IMG/VR virus record: IMGVR_UViG_3300005805_000076
Span: 7,929-71,928 of that record
DNA length: 64,000 nt
Source: a virus
Lineage: Duplodnaviria > Caudoviricetes
Reading direction: 5' to 3' (one strand)
The notes beneath the pieces are model-generated. The model did not search any database and was not told the origin of the DNA. It saw only the letters and a program-made list of their open reading frames with translations. The stretch's first letter is position 1. Every line of letters begins with the position of its first letter. The translations under genes and the position numbers were made by a program. Below, one piece after another: positions 40,085-49,254 of this stretch.

Positions 40085-40408
40085 ATGAGAGGTCGGTTGA
40101 ACCCAACGTTGACTGGTTCAACCGCTGTGGACATTTATGACTATGATTGTGATGTTCACAATTATCTTATTAAAAAAGGTGCTATACCTTACGAAGAAAG
40201 ATTACCAGTTAGTAGTTTGAATGAAGTATTTACAAACCTAGCTTTTCAAAACACTAAGCCTGTAAAGTTTTATAGTCTCAGAGAAAGTCCTTCCGCTAGG
40301 ATTTTCTTCCCAAGCAATGACGATGCTTTGGTGTTCAGTATAGCGTTTGGGCACAAAATTTTTAATACAACCTGTAAAGAAATAAGAAAAATGTTGGAGG
40401 AACAATGA
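40085..40408 (+). CDS. hypothetical protein
   Basis: 107-aa ORF in operon. Confidence 0.6.
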   Translation: MRGRLNPTLTGSTAVDIYDYDCDVHNYLIKKGAIPYEERLPVSSLNEVFTNLAFQNTKPVKFYSLRESPSARIFFPSNDDALVFSIAFGHKIFNTTCKEIRKMLEEQ

Positions 40409-40959
40409 GTAAAAGATATGTTGATTGGAAAGAGTTTACTGGTCTAGTTAATGAAATCTGCAGACAAATAGCCAACGACAAATGGCGTCCAGATTATGTA
40501 GTAGGTATTACTAGAGGTGGACTCTTACCTGCTACCATGATCAGTCATTATTTTGATGTACCATGTCAAACCCTTAAAATAAGTTTGCGATATCATAATA
40601 GTTATGATTGCGAAAGTAATCTTTGGATGGCGGAGGATGCTTTTGGTAGTGTACCACCTGAGGAACAGACTACTAGTCGATGGGACCCTGCTTACAGAAA
40701 AAACATTCTCATTGTAGATGATATTAACGATAGTGGTGCAACTATGAACTATCTTATTGATGATTGGAGCAGCGGATGTTATCCTAACGAAACTCAAATT
40801 TGGAATTCTGTTTGGGGTAAGAATGTTAGATTCGCTGTTCTTTTTGATAATTTGGGTAGTAAAAGTAAACTATCAATGAACTATGTTAGTGAAGAACTAG
40901 ATCCAGAAAATAAACCTTGGATAGTTTTTCCTTATGAGAATTGGTGGCAAAATGGCTAA
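40405..40959 (+). CDS. type I phosphoribosyltransferase (Gpt-like)
   Basis: VGITRGGL, ILIVDDINDSGAT, WIVFPYE. Confidence 0.88.
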   Translation: MSKRYVDWKEFTGLVNEICRQIANDKWRPDYVVGITRGGLLPATMISHYFDVPCQTLKISLRYHNSYDCESNLWMAEDAFGSVPPEEQTTSRWDPAYRKNILIVDDINDSGATMNYLIDDWSSGCYPNETQIWNSVWGKNVRFAVLFDNLGSKSKLSMNYVSEELDPENKPWIVFPYENWWQNG

Positions 40960-41332
40960 AGATATCAAACAAGCAAAAGCTAGTGGTTGTTTTCCTTGGC
41001 CAATAGAACAGGAATTCAAACATTATGTTCTTTGTGAGGACAAGTATGCAGTTACACAAGGGCACACTCTTTTTATGCCAAAAATTAACAACACAGAATA
41101 TCTTGTAATAACCTTTCAAGCAGCATTACAGTACGGCAATTGGTTAGTACTTAACGGTACCTGCGATGCGTTTAACATTGGTATGAACTGCGGTGAGGCG
41201 GCAGGTCAAACTGTGATGTATCCACACATTCACGTCATTCCCCGTAGATTTGGAGATTGTGAAGATCCAATCGGTGGTGTGCATGGTGTTATAGCTGGCA
41301 AAGCAAACTATAAGAAATCTAGTTATAAATAG
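40952..41332 (+). CDS. HIT-family hydrolase
   Basis: GHTLFMPK, FNIGMN.G.AAGQTVMYPHIHVIPR. Confidence 0.85.
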   Translation: MAKDIKQAKASGCFPWPIEQEFKHYVLCEDKYAVTQGHTLFMPKINNTEYLVITFQAALQYGNWLVLNGTCDAFNIGMNCGEAAGQTVMYPHIHVIPRRFGDCEDPIGGVHGVIAGKANYKKSSYK

Positions 41333-41336
41333 TAAT

Positions 41337-41377
41337 ATCGGTCTTGGCGTCATCCCGATTAAAAAATTCTGCCGCCA
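41337..41377 (+). ncRNA. candidate cis-regulatory H-type pseudoknot (preQ1-I-like topology)
   Basis: ATCGG/CCGAT stem; loop TGGCG pairs with CGCCA; A6 linker; TATAAATA 5 nt upstream. Confidence 0.45.
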
Positions 41378-41400
41378 TTGCTAACTTTTAGGAGATAACA

Positions 41401-41739
41401 ATGGCAAATATTATTCTAAACAACAACGACATAGGTGGTGAAGTCATTAAAGACAACGAAACCTATCGTTTAATAGACAACAAAACACTTAATAATCTTA
41501 TTCTAAGCCAAACTCAGCTACATGCTGGGCAAAGCACACGAGGTCATAGTCACGCAGGACAAGAGGAGGTTTATTTCTTTGTGTCAGGCTCTGGTGAGAT
41601 GGAGGTTGACAATCAGCGATTTGAAGTGTATTCTGGTAAGATTGTGTTAATACCTGATGGTGCATTCCATCGTGTTCATAACACTGGCACAATTGATTTG
41701 ATCTTCAATTGTGTGTTTGACGGAAAAAGGAATCACTAA
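41401..41739 (+). CDS. cupin domain protein
   Basis: GHSH..QEEVYF..SGSG, IP.G..H.V.NTG. Confidence 0.85.
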   Translation: MANIILNNNDIGGEVIKDNETYRLIDNKTLNNLILSQTQLHAGQSTRGHSHAGQEEVYFFVSGSGEMEVDNQRFEVYSGKIVLIPDGAFHRVHNTGTIDLIFNCVFDGKRNH

Positions 41740-41740
41740 A

Positions 41741-41977
41741 ATGGCAAAAACAAACAATAAATTTACAATACAAGTCTATCTAGACAATGGCGTGATATTT
41801 GAATACACCGTAAATAGCGCAGCTAAAGCTAGAGAGCACAGTCATGCAATAATACAGACTGGTTATCGACATGTGGAAGCTGGAGTACTTGAACATTACC
41901 CACCACATAGAATATCCAAAGTAAAAGTACTGGGAGATATTGATTCTGTCTATCCTGACCAAACAAGGGGTACATGA
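41741..41977 (+). CDS. hypothetical protein
   Basis: 78-aa ORF from ATG 41741. Confidence 0.6.
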   Translation: MAKTNNKFTIQVYLDNGVIFEYTVNSAAKAREHSHAIIQTGYRHVEAGVLEHYPPHRISKVKVLGDIDSVYPDQTRGT

Positions 41978-41978
41978 T

Positions 41979-42494
41979 ATGACACTTCAATCAGTAGCAT
42001 ACAAATTTACATCAACCAAAGAGTATGTAGATGAGTTTCCCTGTGCTTATAAACAGTGGAAAGCCGACACACATTGCAACCTCAATCATGGTTACAGCTT
42101 CTCAATCAAATTCTATTTTGGTGCCAATCAATTAGACAAACGTGGTTGGGTGATTGATTATGGTGGGTTACGTGAACTAAAAGAAATTCTAAAAGCGCAG
42201 TTTGATCACAAAACTATTATTGCTAGGGACGATCCGGATCTTGAGAAATACCTTCAGCTGGAACGTGATGGCATACTTGAGTTAACTGTATTACCAGGTA
42301 TGGGCTGTGAACGTTTAGCTGACATGTTATATAAGTATGTCAACGGAGTTTTTATTCCTGATTATTTTGGCAAAGGTGAAGCTGAACGTGTTTGGTGTTA
42401 TCGTGTTGAAGTTCGTGAAACGCAGAGTAACATGGCGTTTCGTGAAGGCCATAGAGAATGGATGGAAGATCTATTTGATGAAGAATCTAAGTGA
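41979..42494 (+). CDS. queD: 6-carboxytetrahydropterin synthase
   Basis: HCNLNHGYS, IDYGGL, FDHK, GCERLA, VEVRET. Confidence 0.82.
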   Translation: MTLQSVAYKFTSTKEYVDEFPCAYKQWKADTHCNLNHGYSFSIKFYFGANQLDKRGWVIDYGGLRELKEILKAQFDHKTIIARDDPDLEKYLQLERDGILELTVLPGMGCERLADMLYKYVNGVFIPDYFGKGEAERVWCYRVEVRETQSNMAFREGHREWMEDLFDEESK

Positions 42495-42781
42495 ATACTG
42501 AGAAAATCAAAGAAATATTAGTAATTACACAGGAAGAAGCTGCTGAAGTTATTCAAGTAATATCAAAGATGCAGCGATTTGGTATTGGTGCTGTTTATCT
42601 CCGCGAGGGCGAAAACACCACCAATATCGATGCCTTACACAAAGAAGTAGGTGATTTACTTTGTATGATAGATCTGTTACAATCACATGGGTTGTTAAAC
42701 AAGGACATATTAGATGTGGCCAAAGCAGCAAAGACTGAAAAGTTAAAGCGTTGGTCCACTATATTTGATAAGGATGATTAA
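42491..42781 (+). CDS. MazG-like pyrophosphohydrolase
   Basis: QEEAAEV..EVGDL. Confidence 0.75.
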   Translation: MNTEKIKEILVITQEEAAEVIQVISKMQRFGIGAVYLREGENTTNIDALHKEVGDLLCMIDLLQSHGLLNKDILDVAKAAKTEKLKRWSTIFDKDD

Positions 42782-42782
42782 T

Positions 42783-43064
42783 ATGAATTGGTTTTTTCGA
42801 TGGTTAGAAAAACGCTGTAGATATGCTAGAGATGACGAGAAAGTGCAACTTTCTTCAGAACCAGTAGGGCGCCGTAGGTTTAATGACAACGGTATGCATT
42901 TTACATTATACAAGGCTACAGGCGGTTATGTTATTGAATACACAAAGTATGACAACAAGACTGATAGGAATTATACTGATCTACATGTTGTGCCAGATTT
43001 AGAAGATTTAGGGGAAGCAATTGGCAGCACCATTACATTGGAAGCATTAAGGAATCTTCGATGA
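42783..43064 (+). CDS. hypothetical protein
   Basis: ORF in operon; its stop overlaps ATG 43061. Confidence 0.65.
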   Translation: MNWFFRWLEKRCRYARDDEKVQLSSEPVGRRRFNDNGMHFTLYKATGGYVIEYTKYDNKTDRNYTDLHVVPDLEDLGEAIGSTITLEALRNLR

Positions 43065-43084
43065 GTAAGATTAAAGTATCCTAA
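43061..43084 (+). pseudogene. orphaned original 5' end of queE (MSKIKVS*)
   Basis: ATGA-coupled mini-ORF resembling the queE start at 44470 (MNSKLKVSE). Confidence 0.6.
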
Positions 43085-43085
43085 C

Positions 43086-43131
43086 TTTTTCCTTCACCTT
43101 GTATAAATAAATATACAGGAAGAAGGAAAAA
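43086..43131 (+). promoter_or_regulatory. RBS-sequestering hairpin containing late promoter TATAAATA
   Basis: TTTTCCTTC (43087-95) pairs GAAGGAAAA (43122-30); inner TGTATA/TATACA; TATAAATA at 43102-09. Confidence 0.75.
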
Positions 43132-44444
43132 TGCTTAACAAACACTACAAAAATCGATATGACAAATTTATAGAAAAAATAAAATCGTTAGGACAAAGAA
43201 CTTTCACCGGATATACTGAAGTGCATCACATACAGCCAAAATGTCTCAAAGGAACAGATAGCAAAAAAAATTTAATAAGACTAACACTACGAGAACATTT
43301 TCTGGCTCATTGGTTATTGTGGAAGTCATATCCAAATTATTTGCCCATTGCCAGTGCGTTTCTACAGATGAACCATAAAAATTCAAAGGGTAATAAAGGA
43401 TTCCAAGGTAGAATTACCAGCAGGACCTACGAAACACTACGATCACAAACGTACAAGATGATAAGTGAAGTTAATCGAGACAAGGTAAACGTTAGAGACG
43501 AAAACGACAATTTATTACGTATATCCAAAGAAGAATATAAGAATAGCGATTATAAATTTCACACTGCTGGAAAGATATACGTGTTTAACACAGAAACTAA
43601 TGAATGGGTATATATTTCCGCTGAGGAATATCACCAAAATAAATCAAAATATATCACTCGGCTGCACAATTCTTACAGTGGGTACGGTAACGGCACGTCT
43701 AATCCGTTAACGTGTTCCTATAATTTTATAGACACCGACACACAAAATATAGTTAAGCTAAAAAAAGCCGACGCTAGAGCGATTAATGAATCCACCGGCT
43801 ATAAAAGATTTAAACAAGTAGTTAATCATCAAATAGCATGCATAGACCAATCCGGTCGACGGGTGTTAGTGTCGCGCGAGGAATATCAAAACATTCACCA
43901 CACGCTATCACATGTGAATCAAAATAAATTGACCGTTTTCGATACTGAGACGAAAGGAACTATGCAGATTACGATCGAAGAGTATCAATCTAACCCCAAC
44001 AGGTATCTAACATCTACAAAAGGAAAGATATTAGCGAAAGACGATACAGGAAAAACGGTTTTGGTAACCAAAGAGGAGTTTAAATTGAGGGGGCTCGTCG
44101 GGCAAACTAAAGGACTAAGGACCTGCTTAGATCAAGAGACCGGACAATATGTACAAATTACGCAGGACGAATACATAAAAAACAAAACCAGATTCGTAGG
44201 ACCAAACAAAGGCAAAGTAAATGCCATTAACAAATTAACCGGTGAACGAACACAAATACCACGAGATCAATTTGACAAAAATATCTATGCAGGGTTAGGT
44301 AACAAATCGCTGCTTTTTCTCTGCCGGAACAAGTTGACAAACAAAGAAAAAAACATTAATATATACGAATGGCGTTTAATAAAAGACCAATACGAAATTA
44401 TTGATACTGACAAGTATGAAAAAATTAAAAATTTAATCAAATAG
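43131..44444 (+). mobile_element. free-standing HNH homing endonuclease with C-terminal repeats
   Basis: EVHHIQPKC..NLIRLTLREHFLAHWLL; repeated ISxEEY units. Confidence 0.82.
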
Positions 44445-44469
44445 ACAATTTATTAAAAGGAACCAATCT

Positions 44470-45320
44470 ATGAATTCTAAACTTAAAGTTTCGGAAATTT
44501 TTTTTTTTTTTCCATCCAGGGCGAAGGACGATATATGGGAGTCCCCAGTATCTTCCTAAGAACTTTTGGCTGTAATTTTAAATGTCGAGGCTTTGGTAGA
44601 GACTATGTACCTACAGATGAGACTCATAATCCTGAAGTAGTTGAAGTAATCAAGCAGATTGACAAATACAAAAATTATAGAGATCTGCCATTGGTTGAAA
44701 CTGGCTGTGACAGTTATGCAGCAGTTTACCCAGAGTTTAAGAAACTGTCACCCACCATGGATGTGAAGGAACTGGCAGAAAAAATTGTTAGCTTGCTGCC
44801 CAACAAACGCTGGCAGGATGAACATCTCGTTATCACTGGTGGCGAACCCTTGTTGGGTTGGCAACGTGCATACCCAGATCTGTTAGAACAACCTGTAATG
44901 CGAAAGCTAAAAGAAATTACTTTTGAGACCAACGGCACTCAACCTTTGAGCAAAGAATTTGTTGATTATTTGCATGCATGGGGAAATGTTACCTTCAGCG
45001 TCAGTGCCAAACTCAGCTGCTCGGGAGAATCACGTGCTGAAGCAATACAGCCGCAGATTATATGCAGCTATGAAGATGTTGGATACACATATCTAAAATT
45101 TGTTGTGGCCACTGAGCAGGATGTGGAAGAAGCCATCGAAACGGTGGATGTTTATCGTGCAGAAGGATTCCTAGGTCCGGTATATTTGATGCCGGTGGGC
45201 GGAGTTGAAAGTGTTTACAAGCTCAACAATCGCAAGGTAGCAGAACTGGCTATGAAATATGGATTACGTTACAGTGATAGATTGCAAGTTCCGCTCTGGA
45301 AGAACGCTTGGGGTACATAA
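44470..45320 (+). CDS. queE: 7-carboxy-7-deazaguanine synthase (radical SAM), frame broken by a T14 run
   Basis: KVSEIF..SIQGEGRYMGVPSVFLRTFGC-type N-terminus after a frame shift; ITGGEP, FETNG, SVSAKL, YSDRLQVPLW. Confidence 0.85.
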
Positions 45321-45586
45321 TGGTTGCCGGTGGCTTTGGTAGCATATTCCCAACTAAAGAGGAATTGGAAAAGGCAGAACAAATATGGAACTGGCGCTGG
45401 CAACAGTACAGCACCTGGGAGAAATCCTTTGCTCTGCTACCACACCGATGTCACTTATCTAAAAAATGGATTTGGATGCAAATGGGATATCGAGGTACTC
45501 TATTAAGTCCTGACATAGGCAACCGCCTCACTCTTTCACGTTGGCATCATTATGATGAACATATTATTTGGGAATTAAAAAGGTAG
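45308..45586 (+). CDS. hypothetical Trp-rich protein
   Basis: 92-aa ORF. Confidence 0.5.
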   Translation: MGYIMVAGGFGSIFPTKEELEKAEQIWNWRWQQYSTWEKSFALLPHRCHLSKKWIWMQMGYRGTLLSPDIGNRLTLSRWHHYDEHIIWELKR

Positions 45587-45590
45587 AAAT

Positions 45591-45824
45591 ATGGAGCGAA
45601 TTGCAATACCAGAACAAATAACGGTATATGCGTTAGTTAAGCAGACTGGCATGATGTTGTCTTATACAGGTATGTCAAATCCTAATATTGGTTTCGGATT
45701 TTTTCTATCTCAACTTGACGCAGAATATGCTAGAACCGTTGAGATACTTAAAGATCAAACATCGATATTTCATATATTTCCACTTACTATACCCAATCCA
45801 GCATTTTTAGTTTCAGGTAAGTAA
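45591..45824 (+). CDS. hypothetical protein
   Basis: 77-aa ORF with AAGG RBS. Confidence 0.55.
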   Translation: MERIAIPEQITVYALVKQTGMMLSYTGMSNPNIGFGFFLSQLDAEYARTVEILKDQTSIFHIFPLTIPNPAFLVSGK

Positions 45825-45842
45825 CTATCCTAAGGAGTAATT

Positions 45843-46202
45843 ATGGCAGCAAAAAAAACCACAACAAAGACTAAACAAACACCGAAGACATCAAAAAAGA
45901 CACCCAAAGAGCTAGCAACTGAACGCGGAGAACCTTGGGTCACTGTAGTTAGTATGGATCTAGATCCTGAGAATGTTGGCAATGGAGCCATTGAATTGGA
46001 TTGGAACGAATTCTTCATTGCTAAATTGATTAGAGCAGGATATAAAGGCAAGGATGATGCTCAAATTGTAGATCAATGGTTTACGGATCTATGCCGCAAT
46101 GTGGTGCTTGAAACCTACGAACAATTTGAGGCGAATAACCCACGCCCAGTAACTGGCGTCCAAAAGAAGAACTTGGGTGACGGCAGAACCGAAGTCAGCT
46201 GA
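45843..46202 (+). CDS. hypothetical protein
   Basis: 119 aa, AAGGAG RBS. Confidence 0.75.
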   Translation: MAAKKTTTKTKQTPKTSKKTPKELATERGEPWVTVVSMDLDPENVGNGAIELDWNEFFIAKLIRAGYKGKDDAQIVDQWFTDLCRNVVLETYEQFEANNPRPVTGVQKKNLGDGRTEVS

Positions 46203-46212
46203 TCAAATATAT

Positions 46213-46241
46213 TTGACAATAAAGGCATAATCTGCTACTAT
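46213..46241 (+). promoter_or_regulatory. sigma70-type promoter
   Basis: TTGACA-17 nt-TACTAT with TGn extension. Confidence 0.65.
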
Positions 46242-46270
46242 AATATGTCTGTCTTTTATATTGGAATATC

Positions 46271-47278
46271 ATGCGCTATTTGATTGTTGATTTAACTAAT
46301 TCATATTTTAGGGCACGCCATGCTGCACATCGTGGCACGTCAACCGAAGAAAAGGTTGCCTTTGCAATTCACGTCACGCTAAGTAGCATCAACAAAGCAT
46401 GGCGAGATCAAAAAGGTGATCATGTAGTTATTTGTCTTGAAGGACGCAGTTGGCGTAAGGATTACTACAAACCTTATAAGGCTAACCGTGCTGAGGCTAG
46501 AGCTGCTTTAAATGTTAAAGAAGCTGAAGAAGATCGCATGTTTTGGCAGGGGTTAGATGATCTTAAGGTATTTCTGCAGGAAAAATCTAACTGCACAGTA
46601 TTGCAACATCCTGAATTAGAAGCTGATGATTTAATTGCTGGGTGGATACAATATCATACCAAAGATCATCATACTATTATCAGCAGTGACAGTGATTTCC
46701 ATCAACTGTTAGCAGAGAATGTTAATCAATATAATGGAGTAGCGGACGAGCTGCATACCATTAATGGCATTTACGATGGCAAGGGTAAACCTGTTATCGA
46801 CAAGAAAACAAAAGAACCCAAAAAGATTCCGGACCCCGCTTGGATTTTGTTTGAAAAGATTGTGCGCGGCGATCCCACCGATAACGTGTTCAGTGCATTT
46901 CCTGGTGCGCGGGTCAAAAGCAGCAGAAGTAAAGTTGGATTGACAGAAGCTTTTGCGGATCGAGACAAGCAAGGTTATGCATGGAATAATTTTATGTTAC
47001 AGCGTTGGACCGATCATCTTGACGTGGAGCATAAAGTATTAGATGATTATAACCGTAATAAGGTATTGATTGACCTTAGTGCTCAACCTGACCATATACG
47101 GGCTAAGATCAACGAGACTATAAAGAACTCCAGTGTGCCTAAAACTCAGCAACAAATTGGCATACATTTCCTGCGATTCTGCGGAAAATATGACCTTAAG
47201 AGGTTGGGTGATAGTGCAGATAAGTTTGCACAGTGGTTGCAATCTTCTTATCAAGAAAAAGAAATGAAAGCAGCATAA
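46271..47278 (+). CDS. 5'-3' exonuclease / T4 RNase H-like
   Basis: LIVDLTN, LEADD, ISSDSDFHQL, GDPTDNV. Confidence 0.88.
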   Translation: MRYLIVDLTNSYFRARHAAHRGTSTEEKVAFAIHVTLSSINKAWRDQKGDHVVICLEGRSWRKDYYKPYKANRAEARAALNVKEAEEDRMFWQGLDDLKVFLQEKSNCTVLQHPELEADDLIAGWIQYHTKDHHTIISSDSDFHQLLAENVNQYNGVADELHTINGIYDGKGKPVIDKKTKEPKKIPDPAWILFEKIVRGDPTDNVFSAFPGARVKSSRSKVGLTEAFADRDKQGYAWNNFMLQRWTDHLDVEHKVLDDYNRNKVLIDLSAQPDHIRAKINETIKNSSVPKTQQQIGIHFLRFCGKYDLKRLGDSADKFAQWLQSSYQEKEMKAA

Positions 47279-47299
47279 CATGAAAGTAACCTATCGCCT

Positions 47300-47752
47300 A
47301 TGATATTAACAGCAAAGCCAGTGGTAAAGAACAAGTTCTGGATTGTTGAGCAGGAAGGACAAAAGATCGCCACCATACAAGCAGTGGACAATGGTGGCTT
47401 TGTTTATGTCAACGACCAAGAACGCAAAGTGTATCCCAGCATCAAAATCCTAAGTAGAATTCATAATGTAGTTTTTGATCCAGCACTAACAGAAGACCAA
47501 ACGTCTACAGCAAAAACTTCAGCGTATGGATATCCTGTTGAGAAAAAGGCGTACAATATACTTTGGAATGTAAAGCATCAATTTCCTGTATTCACTAAAA
47601 GCAAAAAAAGCAAAAGTTTCCATTGTGCTGGTTGGTATAAAGTAAAGCTAAACGGGCAATGGGTTGAAACTTTTTGTCCTAAACTTATTACCTTAAATAG
47701 ATATGAATTTGTTGGTCCGTTTAAAGATCGACAAGAGCTTACTGGGATATAA
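47300..47752 (+). CDS. hypothetical protein
   Basis: 150-aa ORF. Confidence 0.65.
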   Translation: MILTAKPVVKNKFWIVEQEGQKIATIQAVDNGGFVYVNDQERKVYPSIKILSRIHNVVFDPALTEDQTSTAKTSAYGYPVEKKAYNILWNVKHQFPVFTKSKKSKSFHCAGWYKVKLNGQWVETFCPKLITLNRYEFVGPFKDRQELTGI

Positions 47753-47753
47753 T

Positions 47754-47984
47754 ATGGCCAAAGATTTATCTATACATCTTAAAATGTTTAACGATAAAGT
47801 TAAATTAATGAATCAAACTCATAGTAGAGATCTTACTCTTAGTGCACAAGAAGCTAGGAATCTGCATGCAGATTTGTTTGATTTGTTAAATCATTGTGCT
47901 ACATTAAGCAAGGAAACACAAAAAACCCCCAAAGACTCAATTGACGGGATCAATATAGCTATGGATGGCGGTAATTGGGACTAA
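47754..47984 (+). CDS. hypothetical protein
   Basis: ATG 47754 follows the upstream stop. Confidence 0.65.
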   Translation: MAKDLSIHLKMFNDKVKLMNQTHSRDLTLSAQEARNLHADLFDLLNHCATLSKETQKTPKDSIDGINIAMDGGNWD

Positions 47985-48032
47985 TCATAGCCTGTGGGTT
48001 ACAGTAGATAAATACTTGATATAGAGAAAATT

Positions 48033-48320
48033 ATGAGTAGGCCAAAACCTAATATATTGATTGAACACGTCAACAAAAGCAATTACCGTAGTGAGCAGAT
48101 TCTCAGCAGTGATGGCATCTGGGCGGTATTTTATCAAAATCAACCTATCAACTTAAAAAGTCAAAACATTTTGGTTAGTTACCCTGGACCAAAATATAAA
48201 AAGACATCCTTTGCAAATAAAGGTCATGCGGTTAATTTGGCTAAGAAACTAAATGCTCTATTCAAGACAGACCAATTCAGTGTGGTACTGTTAAAGAGCG
48301 GTGACAAAATCTATCCATAA
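48033..48320 (+). CDS. hypothetical protein
   Basis: 95 aa after TAAATA (48009). Confidence 0.7.
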   Translation: MSRPKPNILIEHVNKSNYRSEQILSSDGIWAVFYQNQPINLKSQNILVSYPGPKYKKTSFANKGHAVNLAKKLNALFKTDQFSVVLLKSGDKIYP

Positions 48321-48672
48321 AAAGTATAAGCAGAGTCAGCTTGTCAAAATCTTTGCTGCTCAACTTGGTAGCCACATAGATCAAAACCTACGCTACAGAA
48401 TTTGGTATAACCCTACAGATGATAATAGCCTAAGATTAAGCTTAGAAGGCCTTAGGTTTGTTACACAAAATCTCAATCTAGAATTATTTGAATTTGAATT
48501 AGAACAACCACTTAAAAATAAAAATCTAATTCAATTGGAAAGATATTTTTCCGGTATGTATTATATCATGCCTAAAAAAATTATTGTGTTTGATGAGGAT
48601 GAAGCGACCATGTTATCCTTGCATAGCAATAACTTACCTGTATATTTGGATAGTCTCGAAAAAAACCTTTGA
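48301..48672 (+). CDS. hypothetical protein
   Basis: 123-aa ORF; start uncertain. Confidence 0.55.
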   Translation: MTKSIHKKYKQSQLVKIFAAQLGSHIDQNLRYRIWYNPTDDNSLRLSLEGLRFVTQNLNLELFEFELEQPLKNKNLIQLERYFSGMYYIMPKKIIVFDEDEATMLSLHSNNLPVYLDSLEKNL

Positions 48673-48697
48673 CTTATATTCCAAAATAAACTATAAT
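48669..48697 (+). promoter_or_regulatory. sigma70-type promoter
   Basis: TTGACT-17 nt-TATAAT. Confidence 0.7.
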
Positions 48698-48727
48698 TTC
48701 TATACTTTAACTTATAAAGAAAATATT

Positions 48728-49252
48728 ATGGCAAAAAAAGTAACCTATGTTATGGTGGATGTTGAAGCAGATGGCCCAGCACCTGGGCTTTACAGTATGA
48801 TTGAACTGGGTGCTGTTATAGTAGAACCCACGCTCAATAGAACCTTTTATACTAATCTTAAACCCATCAGTGACGAATATGTCTATGATGCGCTGGCAGT
48901 AACAGGACACAGCCGCGAAGAAACTATGAAGTTTAAGGATCCCTGCGATGCCATGTTGGAATTTGACCAATGGCTTAGCGAACAAATACCGAATGGTAAA
49001 ATTATCTTTGTTAGTGATAACAACGGTTTTGATTGGCAATTTGTGAATTATTATTTTCATAAATTTCTACTCAAAAATCCCTTTGGGCATAGCAGTATGA
49101 ATTTAGGTAGTCTATATAAGGGTATGCAAAAAAGTATGTTTGAAAATTTCAAACACCTACGTAAAACCAAACATACTCATAATCCTGTGGATGATGCAAA
49201 GGGCAATGCAGAAGCAATGTTAACCATTCTAGAAAACTTTAAAGGACAGTAA
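48728..49252 (+). CDS. DEDDh 3'-5' exonuclease
   Basis: VDVEADG, SDNNGFDW, HNPVDDA. Confidence 0.85.
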   Translation: MAKKVTYVMVDVEADGPAPGLYSMIELGAVIVEPTLNRTFYTNLKPISDEYVYDALAVTGHSREETMKFKDPCDAMLEFDQWLSEQIPNGKIIFVSDNNGFDWQFVNYYFHKFLLKNPFGHSSMNLGSLYKGMQKSMFENFKHLRKTKHTHNPVDDAKGNAEAMLTILENFKGQ

Positions 49253-49254
49253 AA

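Noticed and set aside
43085-44469. Group I intron interrupting queE
   Set aside because: Only about 45 nt and 25 nt of non-coding flank, too little for a ribozyme core; the downstream part has its own RBS and start
44535-45320. queE starting at ATG 44535
   Set aside because: Would omit the conserved SIQGEG segment and lacks an RBS; the start at 44470 is better supported
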